Shown piece after piece: positions 28,140 through 41,187 of a DNA stretch of 64,000 bases. The notes below the pieces were generated by a model. The model saw nothing but the letters and a program-made list of their open reading frames with translations. It searched no databases and had not been told where the DNA came from. Position 1 is the first letter of the stretch, and every line of letters begins with the position of its first letter. A program made the translations under genes and the position numbers. This DNA comes from Oopsacas minuta (taxonomy: Eukaryota; Animalia; Porifera), in contig JAKMXF010000110.1 in the NCBI GenBank assembly GCA_024704765.1, positions 62,001 through 126,000 of the forward strand. The letters run 5' to 3'.

Positions 28140-29096
28140 ATGGAACAAGTTATATCTATGCTAAGAACGATAAATCCTAATTTCTTTACGAAAAATGAGT
28201 TTAAATCTCAAAATATCATCCAAGAAATAGATTCCAGAACACAATATGACTTAGTACAATCTTCTCCATTAGGAAATGGCGCGACAGGCGTAGTATACAG
28301 ATGCATTTGTAAAGAAACGAATAAGATATATGCACTGAAAATAGTTCGGGATAACAAGGATGGTTTGAACGAAATTGTACTACAAAGAAGATGTAATTCA
28401 GAAAATGTAGTTCCTATAATAGACGTGTTTAGATGTGTAGGACATCATCCAGGTAGTAAACCAGGTGTAAAGTACTTGTACATCGTGATGGAGCTACAGA
28501 GAGAAGGGAACCTGTTCCAATTCATCAAGTGTCATGGTGGAGTGAGAGAGGAGACAGCTGTCCACCTGATGAAACAAGTTGTGTATGGTTTACAGAGTTT
28601 ACACAAACAAGGAATTATTCACAAAGATCTTAAACCAGAGAACATATTGCTATCTGAGGGAGAAGATAAGGAGTTGTGTGCTAAACTGTCAGATTTTGGA
28701 TTTTCTTGCCAGGAGAAATCTCATCCTACCCGTGTAGAGTACACGCCCTATTACGTAGCACCAGAAGTACTATGCAAAGACAGACAGTACAATCCATATC
28801 CCACCTCTATGGATTTAGCTCCCTATGATCATAGATGTGATATATGGGGATTAGGAGTAACTATATACACTCTGTTAACGGGAATCACGCCATTCTACTC
28901 AGAGATAAACGGAAGAGTAATGACACCCATCATGTACGATAATATACAAAACGCGAGGTATAAATTCCCAGAATATCAATGGAGAGGAATTTCAACAAAT
29001 GCAAAAGATCTAATTTCAAAACTACTCATAACTGACCCAAAAGACAGACTTACTCTACGACAAATACTAAAACACCCTTGGGTGCTTGAAAATTAA
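28140..29096 (+). CDS. Intronless MAPKAPK-like kinase, 318 aa
   Basis: GNGATG, YALK, HKDLKPEN, DFG, YTPYYVAPE, HPW. GTATAAATA at 28089 upstream. Head-to-head with kinase 25865. Confidence 0.92.
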   Translation: MEQVISMLRTINPNFFTKNEFKSQNIIQEIDSRTQYDLVQSSPLGNGATGVVYRCICKETNKIYALKIVRDNKDGLNEIVLQRRCNSENVVPIIDVFRCVGHHPGSKPGVKYLYIVMELQREGNLFQFIKCHGGVREETAVHLMKQVVYGLQSLHKQGIIHKDLKPENILLSEGEDKELCAKLSDFGFSCQEKSHPTRVEYTPYYVAPEVLCKDRQYNPYPTSMDLAPYDHRCDIWGLGVTIYTLLTGITPFYSEINGRVMTPIMYDNIQNARYKFPEYQWRGISTNAKDLISKLLITDPKDRLTLRQILKHPWVLEN

Positions 29097-29901
29097 TAAT
29101 GTATATTATAATTTCTTTCATTTTCATTTTACTGAATTTCACAATCATTTTTTTTCTAAAGAACCCACAAATTGACACATTCATTAAATCAATTAAAATG
29201 CTTAAACATGTTAAATATCAAAATAAAGATATCAGGGAGAATAAGTAAGGTAAATATATGAACGCTTAAGGGTTATTAAGAATGTGAAAAACTAACAAAT
29301 CGTACCGAAATCCAATAAGCAATAATATATGAAGTTTTGGAATATGCTAATTAGTGAATCAATTAGGAAATATATTAAGTTTTAGATAATAATTGGTAAT
29401 ATTTAACCAAAAGAGAACACAATTAAAATGAATTAAGAGAATCACAAGTATTTTCAATATCAAGAAATATAAAATTAGATAACTAGATATACTAGTGGCT
29501 ATAAAATTCATTGAAAATGGTAAAGAAATATGAATTATGTAAACAGTCATAAAGTATCCAAATGCTAGTAATGGTACTTCAAAATGTACGTATATCTGCA
29601 AAGCAAGGGTCGGTAGTTCTCAACCTAACATTATATAGCTCAAATTACAGTGTGATCGGCTGCTCGTCTATTAGCAATATTTGCCTTAGTTTTTATCAGA
29701 GACTTTAGTAATTAGGGAAATTCGTGAAAGATACTACTTGTAATAGGCAAATTCTACTGTATTCATATTCTAGATTTTTAAAAAATCCAGAGAATTTCTA
29801 ACGGTAAAACCTTTTAAATAATTGTGAAAATAGGAGAAATTATTCGCAGGTTGGAACAATATAATATCACACTTGTAAACTCAGAATAAATAAGTTCTAA
29901 C

Positions 29902-32900
29902 CTGTTTAGCAGATGGTCTTCTCTTAGCATGAGTAATACTCTCTGCTAGAGGAATATTAAGATGATGTGAAGGAGTAGTTATTTGCCAGAAATCACGAGA
30001 TAGTTCAATAGATAGAGGATCTATCCCATAGAGAGAGCTCACCAAGAGCATAAAATTCTGTTCATCCTGTAATACAAATATCTCATATTCTCAGAAAAAT
30101 GTGTAAGTAGCTTATCTCATGTAATTAGATATATTTAGATGTAGTTTATGAATTTCATGCAGATTCTCAGGATTAAGAAGTGTAAGCATATGATATTATA
30201 ATAAACATGGAGATAAGAATTAAGAATCATGTGATGTTGGTACTTGGTACATTTACTACGGATCCCACTGAATCCGGTGTATTTCTAGCGCGGGAAGAAG
30301 TTAATAATCGGCGAGGCGTTATACTCATAGAATACACCACCTACTCCGGTACACCCCCTCTCCCATTCCAACACAGATTCTTATTCCTCAACAAAATTCT
30401 CTCAATGCAATATTCGGACTATTTTGAACAGTAATTTAGACGAAAAGCTATAATATAAACTATCTTTTTCTATCCAAAATATAGTAAGTATACTAAATAC
30501 ACGGGTAGAGTATACCTTAATTTGCATATTGACAATATATGAAGTAACCAGTTGATGCAGTTTCCTAACATAAATCTCTTCGCTATGAAAACATTCAGAA
30601 GCAATAACACTGTCGGTTAAAAACCTGAATACACCCAAATTAATGGCAGCATCTGTCAATGCTTCATCACTCTCTACTTCCTGCAGATCTATACAAGAAT
30701 AGAATAAATTTAGAATCTTGTATGTACTAATTAACCACATAATACAGGTTCACTACAACTACAACACAACACCATATACAGTCTTGATTACAGAGTATAA
30801 TGTAAATCAACTACAGTCTATTTCTAATTAAGCAAAGCCAACTATACTGCAAAATGCTTTACACACAGCAGATAATATAGTCGGTTTAAACTTTTTTATT
30901 GACTCACACTCACTAGAACAAAATTTCAATAATTAACTGGTGGACAGAGGAAAGTTGACTAGAAAGACACTAATCGACTGAAAAATAACAAACATGCAGA
31001 ACTTCACCAAAAGACGGACAAAGAATGAAAGCCAACAATTTATATTGAAATACAAATCTACAAGTTAAGCTAAGTACCACTAAATGGAGATGCTGTAGCA
31101 CATATCCTAAGGAGCTGTCCCCAAGCAAATAAGACACAACCCTTCAACTCTTTGCATTTCCATTCCCTGTCCTTCATAAGTTCTTCAGTAACATCAGGAA
31201 TGAAGGTAGGATCAGATAGAATAGGATACGTGTCATTTAGAGTTAATTCATCTCCTATATGTATAACAGGAAATAATCTGTAATAATTAACTATTCAAAT
31301 TACCATTAAAATTCTATAAGTTAATCACTTAGGAATTAAAAGGACCAATTATTGGAGAATTTGTTTGTAATTAATAAGATAATATGAGGTATCGATCAGC
31401 TGTTAATATAAAGTGTTATGCATTGGAGTAGAGTGAAGGGAAAATGCGGTATTGTAGAAATGAGAATAATATATTAGTTGTAATTACGAATTAGTACATT
31501 AAGTAATGAGTAAATTTACCATTTCTGCTCTCGTATTACATAATAACTATTTAATATAATATGTATTAGATTACACTTTACGCACTAGTTTTGTAAACTA
31601 GCAGTGGAACTCGACAGGGAGTTGTACTAACAAAACTGTCGTGGATCTGTAATTTGCAAATTGATGACAAACAACATATACGTTGCCTATAGTGTTTCCT
31701 TATACCGAAGTAAAAAGGATTTTCTGTTTATTTTGAGTTCGGGTACAAGATGTTAAATGTTATACATATACCCACGCATATCGAGAAATCTCACCAATTA
31801 ATGGAAAACAACCCAAAAATAGCTTAGTTCATAATATTTCAATATTGGACTATATAATTAAAGATATTTTTAGCATTCTGAGAGATAATAATACTCAGGT
31901 GCTAGTAGTTTCATTTTGACTATTTGTACATAAAAATAGCAATAAAACTGCAGAATTTAACCTTACCGAGTAGTAAGTAGTAGTCATACCTGGTAGATAA
32001 TAGATTTCTATAATATACTTGCGAATCAAACAATTGTCCACATGGTGAGTAATGAAATTTCATAGCAAACCAATTAAGCAACAGCTTGATTACGACGAAT
32101 TGTAATTATTTCATAAACAAAATACTCAGAAGAATCCTGAATTTCTAGAAATTGATAAAGTCAGCTTGGGTTGGGATGTATATTACATTCTACAGTTAAA
32201 TCAACACCAATTTAATAATTCTAACTAGTGGAACAGTCCTTCAACTTGATAATGATTAATTCATTTACAAACCAAAACAAACATTAATTAGAATATTATT
32301 TGAATAAATTACAGACTTAAATGTAATAGACAAGTGATAAGCTTACCTCCCCCGTTCATTGTGCAGCTTTTGGTTGTAAGTCTAGTCAGTAGAATATTTA
32401 AGATAATTATAGAGAATCAGATGTCTCATCAATATACTACTTACATGTCTATTATGGTGAATGTAAGAGCAGACAAATCGCTGTATTTTAGTGGGACATT
32501 GACTGTTTTAAACGACGTAGCATTTTAGTATGCTTCTCTAAACAAAATTCCAAAATGGAGACTATAGCAAATCGTATTCCGCACGAATTTTCCTTGCTAA
32601 AAACGCGAATTTGCTATTAGAGGAATCGAATTATTTCCAATACAAAATAGACTATAAGTTCCAGAAAAACTCGTGACTATGCGACCTACACGATTTCAAG
32701 TGGGTTCACAAAATGCCAGATTTTGTTTTTTGTATAAATTAAATAAATACAAATTTAGCTTGTCCCAGGAAAACTATCATATTATAACCGTAGTAACAAT
32801 ATGTAATTAATCTATATCAAGGGAGTTAACATAGCAATCCCCTGCATTATACTCTCAAGTTTGCTGATCTAATTTTCAATAAATGAATGTTGACATTAAT

Positions 32901-34193
32901 ACATTTGGATGTAATACATTAGAATAATGTTCATAGATTCTTAAAATAATCGCTGTGTATTTACACATTTATAATCAAACTGTCTACTCACACTAAAAAA
33001 TGAATAACCAGATCTAAAGCTTCCAGTAAATGTACACTGAGATTCTCACCTGATTCATTTTCAAACAAATGTCCTACATCAATACTAGTTATGAAACTAA
33101 ACAAAATAGATAGAGTAACACCATCTAGAACACCATCTCCTCTGGTTTGTATCGAGTCTCTCAAGAACTTTATGAGTTCCAAACAATTCTTCTTACTAAG
33201 AGGTTCCTGACATGACAGAGTGAATAGACAATCTGATAATATCTGTCTCTGATCAGAAATAAGATAACTAAGTAGAGATCTGTGTTTCTGATCTCCTACT
33301 CCCCCTCCTTTCTCTAATCTAGTCAATTCATTCTGTACATCTATCTTACGTAGCTGATCAAATATCTGTTTAACTAATTCTCTATCAATTAGTGTGCTAA
33401 TATAATGCTGTGTGAATCTATCTACTTCTTCTGGTAGAGAGATAGACCATGATTGTCCTATCATAATTGCATAAGATTATCCATTATTCATAAATTCGAG
33501 TCATATTGAATTACTAGGCAACAATATATTTTGTTAGACTTAATCTATTTCGAGATTTACAGTATAATCTTGAAAATACTAACCAGTTACGTAATATGAA
33601 ACTCAATAAGTATTAAGTACAAAGTCGACAGCCCCTTGGTATCCGTACATCGTGGTAATGAAAGTCTAAATCAATTATGTGACCTTAATAATTTTGAATT
33701 TTGTGTTTGAAAGTCCCTACAATAATACCAGAATTTGACAGTACAGATATCTCTGAATTTGGTTATTTTAACAAACAAATATCACAGATTCAATCCACAA
33801 TTCTAATTTCGTTGATATAATTAGTTGTTTGTTACGTATACAAGCCAAATCATGGAGTTATCCTTCACAAACATATATTACCCAGTGTATCGGTTAAATA
33901 CCTTGCTTAGCTTGTAGTATAGTTTTAAGTGCTGTAAGGAGAGATCTCCTACCATCATGATATAACACAGTAGCAACTAAACCACGAGTCCAATTAGGAT
34001 ATCTACTAGCTTGATCCTCTCCCACTAATAATAGTTCTAACGAACTGAACTCGTTCAAATCTAATACATCTGATAGTAGCAATACTTCTTGTACTAAGCG
34101 AGCAGGTAGCTTCTTAGGAGGAGATGTAGGGGATAGAATTGTGCCTTCATTAGGGCCCTTGTTTAGCTCTGCTCTATGTTTAGCATTTGGTTT
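29902..34193 (-). CDS. NUP205: Nucleoporin NUP205, N-terminal part only; exons 34193-33902, 33457-33050, 31254-31078, 30688-30516, 30066-29902
   Basis: Exon translations match the NUP205 N-terminus (LLLSDVLDLNEFSSLELLLVGE...TRGLVATVLYHDG; EWKCKELKGCVLFAWG; EEIYVRKLHQLV; RRPSAKQ). GT-AG ends and splice phases are consistent. First exon and downstream exons not found. Confidence 0.8.
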
Positions 34194-36494
34194 CTAGAGG
34201 AATGACTTTATTGAAATTTATCGGTTATGCGTTTCATTGTTCTGTAAAACATTAAATTTAGTAGAATCTTTGTTACATTATACTGGACCTGTGGAAACGG
34301 TCAGGAGGTCTGGTCGTCGCGAAAATATCGCTTAATCAATTCAAATTTAATTTCGCCAGGCTTGAAATATAATGAATGAATTTTCAGCTAATTGTTTACC
34401 AAAAATATTCAATTTTAATTCTGCCCAAAATACGCATACTTCCTGTTAAATCATTAACTTCTACTCAATACAATTGAATAGTACTTTCCCTAATTAATAA
34501 CTAATAATAGCCTTCACATTTGTGTGTTTTGCTGTTAGTTTTGTTGCTTTAGCAGTTGTACAATAATGGACAAAAAACCCGATTTTAATACTAAACTAAT
34601 CATGTGGGTACAATATTCTAGAAACTGCTAAAATCATAATTTACTACTTCCAAGTGGCCTATGTAATGATATGTAATATTAATATAGCAGTAATAATTAT
34701 AGAGAACAAGCAAAACAACGGCAAATCTTATGTGATAATAGTTATAGAAAAACAACTTGAATGCTATTATTTTGATAAAAATACATAACAAATATTCAAA
34801 ATACTGAAGGACAATACAATACGGAATAAATCTTGTCTACTAAGTATAATATCGAAAGTAATTATAGACATTAATAACAAGAAAATTGCTGTATCAAGTT
34901 AACTAAGCAGAGTTAAGTTGCTAGAAATGTGTGTAAATTTAGAATGGTGGCTAATTATATTATCATAATAATGTTGATGTACTTGGAATTACGATTAGCT
35001 TGAAATAAGCTCTAAAAGTTGACAAAGTACACTTATAACCAGTAAGAAATACATCGTATTATTATTAGAGTTCAATTATGGTTAAACTTACAGGGAATAT
35101 GAGAAGGCTTGTAAAATTATTCGTATGTTGTTTCAGCAGATCTTGATATTCACGAATAAGATCACATCTCTTGTGATATATTGTGTACTGAATTGTTGTG
35201 AGAAGCTCTTTGAAAGGAGACCAAAAGGCGTTTGTGAAATCTACAAAGTATAGGGAATGTCATGATGATCAAAATTACATTTGATATTAGTAATTATAAA
35301 TGAACTCTGCAATGACTGTGAGTTAATAAAATTACGAATAGTATTGCAATAATAAAATTCCAAAAGAAAATGATATGTAGCTTTTATTGTAAAGTTTAGG
35401 ATTTTAGAGTAAGCAAAATAATCCCCAAATACGATAAAATATTATATTGCAATAAAATAACAATTGCGTCGATTCACTTGAAAAATTTGGGGTTTTCACC
35501 AGAGTTTTATAAACAACAAAAAATAATTAATGTGATGAACTTATACTAGAACAATATTAAAACTGGATAATACCTAATGGATTGGTGATATGAGATTAAT
35601 GTCATTTGGTATATTAGGAGGGTAACAAATAGAAATAGCGTATTTCCCTGTTCATACACTTATTTTCCAGCACAAAACTTATCGCATATTTGAGGAATTA
35701 AAGAAATAATACATTGTATTAATTACTATGGATAATTTACAATCAGGCCCTTTCGTTAGTATCTATACAGTGAACTATGGATATCATCAGAGAATTCGGG
35801 TATAATTAACAGCATTTATGTAATGAAAAAAAACTGGATTAGTTATAGACTTACCCATTTTCCACTTTTGAAGATATTTGGTTATTGTTAGTAACTTGTT
35901 AACAATCAATCTACAAATTAAATAATAGAAAATAGAATTAAATCATGAAAAAGATTCCTGTATCTCTATAGGAATGAATATTTTAATCGTAGCTTTGCGA
36001 TAGCCCTGTAACAAACTAAAACAGATTTGCACTACAGCTGGGGTTACGATAAATATTAGGGGTTTCTAACCAACAACCTATTAGTGACGAGAACCATGGT
36101 GTTGCTGTGGGATTTGTATGTAGCAACCTAGGTTGCTGATTAGAAACTCTGAAATATAAACAATCTAATGCAAAATATGCAATTACAATTGTAAATTGCA
36201 AGTGCATGCCTACTATATCTGTACAGTCAACTCTTGTTATATCGGAATATTCGCTTATATTGAAGTCTAAAATTGTATAAATGTGGTCACAAACCTTCAA
36301 ATTAACATACTGTATATCATTGGTTATATCGAAGCAATTATAGCGATCCCTTCACTTTCGATATAACGGGAAATTACTATACTCTGATATTATCATTATA
36401 AATTACTCATGAGAGAGTATTTGAAATAATACGTATTCGAAGTGTGAAGTAACATTTATAATAGAATTTAATAGAAATTACTAAAACAACATAA

Positions 36495-38135
36495 CTAGGT
36501 AGCTAGTTTCAGAGTAGTAGCAGTTAGATTATGTTTAACTTTAGCTTTCTTCTTTTCAGATTTCTGTAATATTTCATTCTTAGTTTGTGCTTCTAACTTA
36601 GAAAAGAATGATTTAGAACTCTTAAAACTCTTATCTCTCTTCATAGCTCTCTCATCATGTATCAGCTGTTCTCGTTGTCCCTGCATATGTTTTGCATCAG
36701 ACAAAACTTGTATTAATTTCCTCTTACTGTATGAATTCCCTAAACCAGGATTAGTCTTGTTAACTAGCTTCTGAGCACGTAGTATCATTTTACGAGACAT
36801 AGCATGCTTCTTATGCCTTCTGTACTTTCTCTTATCTTCACTTGTACGTTCTATATGTGATATCACCTGGCTTGATGGAGTAGCAATCTCCTCAGGGGCT
36901 AATCTAGTAGATGCACTACTCACGGAAGGTAACACCTCTTCAACACGTATAGCAGGTACATTAGTTATAACGATAGGTTCATATTTGAATGGTTTTGGTG
37001 TATATCTAAAGTTAGATAGAGCATCTAGTTTAGTGAATACTTCTTTCATCATATTTTTAATTTCATCTTCAATAACCTGCTCTTCTGTACGTAAGGCTGT
37101 AGATCCTGGGTCAGTTTTCTTCATAAATTCCTGTTCATAAACTTCAGCTAATCCCAATTGACTTTTCTGGGTTTCAATTTGTTTAGGTACTGAATAGTTG
37201 TATCGCTTTTCCTGAGGTTTTTCACGCCTGACAGGATCATCCCATAGCTCATCTCTAGCTCTGCGACATATCATATCTTCCAATAACTCTGTGTCTTCAT
37301 GAGTAATTAGGGGTGTAGATGGATAAGCCTGATGGTCCATGTAGCCCTCTAACAAACTGTTATCCGGTCTAGACTTAGAACGAACCTCTCCTGACATTTT
37401 CCAGTCCTTCTCTGCCATGTTCTCTCTCTCTAGCTCTTCAATACGAGCCTGTATCTTTCCTTTAACACGTGAGTAGTTAGATTGAGTTGTAGTATCAGGT
37501 TTTTGTGGGGATTTTTCTTGAAAAAAATCTTTATACTTCAAACCATCAGCAGTAGACACTTCTTCTCCAATATCTCCCTCGCTATCACTAGATTGTTCAG
37601 ACCTATCTTCTATCTTCTCTTCTTGTTGTTGGAATTCTTCCATTTCATCTGAATCTAAGGAGTTTTCCATCATCCCTGGTTCATTCGTGTCTGAATCAGT
37701 TTGTGTATCTTCATTATTAGAATGTTTGTGTGTAATTTGTTCTATTCCATTATCAATTACTGGACTATGGTTCGGACTAGAAGCTCCCGAATTAATCTCA
37801 CCATTAACTGGTAGAATATTTATATGAGCTGTAAGTAGCTGCTGTACATTAGCTGATAGGTTCTGACAGGTGGGTACATTCCAAAGCTCCAGCTGTTGCC
37901 AGATCTGTTCCTGATCAAACCCTTCAGTATATAGCTGAGATAATCCTGTATCAATGTCTGTGTGTAGTGATATAGCTAGATTGTATGTTATACGTAATGC
38001 ATCTATACAGTGTTTGTATGTATTGTCAGATGGAGACAGGAAGCAGAGAGGGTTAAATAGGTGTGATGTAGGTACAAGGGGTGCTGAGGATGAGAGAAGA
38101 TTGAGGGAGGATGTTGTAGAATCTGAATCTGACAT
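36495..38135 (-). CDS. MPHOSPH10: U3 snoRNP protein MPP10, 546 aa, intronless
   Basis: EQIWQQLEL, acidic region, WKMSGEV..RPDNSLLE, LAEVYEQEF, LDALSNFRYTPKP, LAPEE, FFSKL. Confidence 0.93.
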   Translation of the reverse strand: MSDSDSTTSSLNLLSSSAPLVPTSHLFNPLCFLSPSDNTYKHCIDALRITYNLAISLHTDIDTGLSQLYTEGFDQEQIWQQLELWNVPTCQNLSANVQQLLTAHINILPVNGEINSGASSPNHSPVIDNGIEQITHKHSNNEDTQTDSDTNEPGMMENSLDSDEMEEFQQQEEKIEDRSEQSSDSEGDIGEEVSTADGLKYKDFFQEKSPQKPDTTTQSNYSRVKGKIQARIEELERENMAEKDWKMSGEVRSKSRPDNSLLEGYMDHQAYPSTPLITHEDTELLEDMICRRARDELWDDPVRREKPQEKRYNYSVPKQIETQKSQLGLAEVYEQEFMKKTDPGSTALRTEEQVIEDEIKNMMKEVFTKLDALSNFRYTPKPFKYEPIVITNVPAIRVEEVLPSVSSASTRLAPEEIATPSSQVISHIERTSEDKRKYRRHKKHAMSRKMILRAQKLVNKTNPGLGNSYSKRKLIQVLSDAKHMQGQREQLIHDERAMKRDKSFKSSKSFFSKLEAQTKNEILQKSEKKKAKVKHNLTATTLKLAT

Positions 38136-38347
38136 TTATGGCAATTAAGCTGTAGTAATGAGATATAAGATCATTGTATAACTGTAGTAGGAAATTAACT
38201 AGTAATTCCTCTTATAATAATAAATGCAGTAAAAGGTACGGGGCTATTCTCCTTGTCGTACTAATAAACCTAGGTATTAATAATATTGACTAAAGAATTA
38301 ATACATTAGTATACTTCTAGAATATTCCTAACAATAACTATTCCTCA

Positions 38348-39246
38348 CTAAGCTACTAATACACAGGCTCCTCCAATCTCTTTAATCTTCTTCTCTGCTT
38401 TAGAAGAGAATAGTTTAGCTTTCACTATGATAGGAATCTTAGGCAGTTTCCCTTTACCTAGAACTTTAAAGTAGCCAGCACGAGATACGTCAATAACAGG
38501 AACTTTCTCTAGCGTCTTATCAGCATTCTTGTAAGCTTGTCTGTGTTTCTCACTCAGCAGAGACCATAGCTGATCTGTGTTTATGGTAGGACAGTAGTAT
38601 TTGTTCTTGTTAAGATGGAAGTACCTCATTCCTACCTATGGAATAGTATCAGGGCTTCATCTAGATTTAGGTAACCCACGCACCGAGATAAAGGCCTGCA
38701 TAGTATGTAGTTTAATTACTATGCTATGGAAATTTGCCTGTATATAAAGTGAAATTGCTGGATGGTTGGCAACTGGGAAGTATGCTATGGAAATGTGGCA
38801 ATGGAATTGAAGGGCGTGTGACGTCAGTGAGAAGTACGATACTGCGATATTTAACTCTACGATTAATACGAAATTTGAATAATCATGTTTTCGCACCTTT
38901 TTGTAAATAGCCGAATTTATAGATAATATGTAACCTAGAGTTTAGATTAAAATAAGTAATGGCTACTCAGATCCATGTATAGATTATAGGAAAACAATCA
39001 AAATTAATGCTAGTCAAATGATAAATCAGTAAAACCTGAAAATATACATCTTAATACTATAGTATTTTGTAAATAATATACCTTTCCAAAGTATCCAGGA
39101 TGATACTTATCAAAGTTAGCTCTCATATGTAGCATACCTCCTGCATTTCCTCTACCACCTGGATGCTTCCTATGCTTTCCTACTCTACCATGACCCGAGC
39201 TGACGTGTCCTCGCATCTTTCTTGTCTTCTTGAAACGAGCTACCAT
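38348..39246 (-). CDS. RPL27A: 60S ribosomal protein L27a; exons 39246-39082 and 38635-38348
   Basis: [20 protein letters not shown]...YHPGYFGK|VGMRYFH...GYFKVLGKG; 446-bp GT-AG intron. Confidence 0.97.
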
Positions 39247-39611
39247 ACTGAAATATCTATGCTCTAATAACAGGAATAAGGAAATATTTTAAACTGGACG
39301 CAACTGTGATAAACTCGAACAAATAGTTTTTAGGATACTTGCCGCAGGCTCCAGACTCCCCAGAACTAGGCTCAGAGTGACATATTGGTTGGTTAACCCA
39401 TAGGCAAAACGGTTAACCGTTCTGAGTTACATGAACCCTATAAAGCTAAAATTAGTAACAATGCTGTACAATCTCGTAATGATCTAATACTGTATGCCTT
39501 TAAATAGAAATGAGTATGATCTGTTAGTTAATATAATTATAATTACCCTATGCCATGTGGGTAATATAAGTACAAGCAAGCATTTGGATGGTATGTAATG
39601 TATAAAAGTAG

Positions 39612-40364
<753 letters not shown>

Positions 40365-40604
40365 TCATACTATATGTAGCTATATTATGTATGCTGGAGG
40401 CATTTGTTACATTATTTGATACACTATTTTAGTTTGAAACTGGGTCAAACAAGTAATAGTTAGCTCTTTATGACCCTAGCTACGTCCCTTGACTAGTTTC
40501 AGGCAACTTATGCAGAAAATTATTAAACCTAAAACTTTTTGCATACATGGCCTTACGCTATCATTTCAATACTACGGGCTTGTAACGATAACACAAATCG
40601 TATA

Positions 40605-40690
40605 TCAGTTGTAGAGCTCCGAACGCATCTTCTAGGATGGTAGCTGCCTCAGGTTCTTAGAGGTCACCAATTCCCATTAGCCATTATAGC
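40605..40690 (-). pseudogene. Degenerate partial duplicate of stomatin exon 2
   Basis: tcagttgtagagctcc...ccattagccattatagc matches 41292-41382 with substitutions and small deletions. Confidence 0.8.
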
Positions 40691-41187
40691 CAATAATTAA
40701 GTAATACTATCAGCAAGTGCAATTGGATGTTAGGTAATGTATAATTACAGATCTATACGTATGATGCATTCACTTAGTAGAAAATACAGACTTAGTCTCT
40801 GTTATGTTTTCGGCGTTGCCATAGCAAAAAGAAGGCTTTGGCTAGGCCGTCCTGTTTTTCAAAGTGAGAGAGCTTCGCCCTCTCACTTTGATGGAAATTG
40901 CTTTCCAAAATGAAAATCAAAAAGTAACGAATAGTTTTATATAGCTAAGCTACACTGTAATGCGTTACATGAAAATAACGATAACCCATTTTCATAAGTA
41001 TAAATACAGTAATATAGAGGTGAAATACATGTCAACCATACACACTAATTCATACAAAATATCAAGATAAATAAATATAACTTACATATTATCGGATCCA
41101 AACATATACGGATACATACTAATAATTATCTCAGAATTCAACTAAATATTCTCACAAACAATGAATCATAGTAAATATATGAGATAA

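Noticed and set aside
29359-29601. Stand-alone hydrophobic small protein
   Set aside because: No ATG start; composition is typical of translated AT-rich DNA. Kept only as a possible cryptic exon.
36016-36300. ORF as the missing first exon of NUP205
   Set aside because: No resemblance to the NUP205 N-terminus in any frame examined.
38636-39081. Intronic snoRNA in RPL27A (the vertebrate gene hosts H/ACA snoRNAs)
   Set aside because: Only a CTGA near the acceptor; no box C and no convincing H/ACA hairpin pair.
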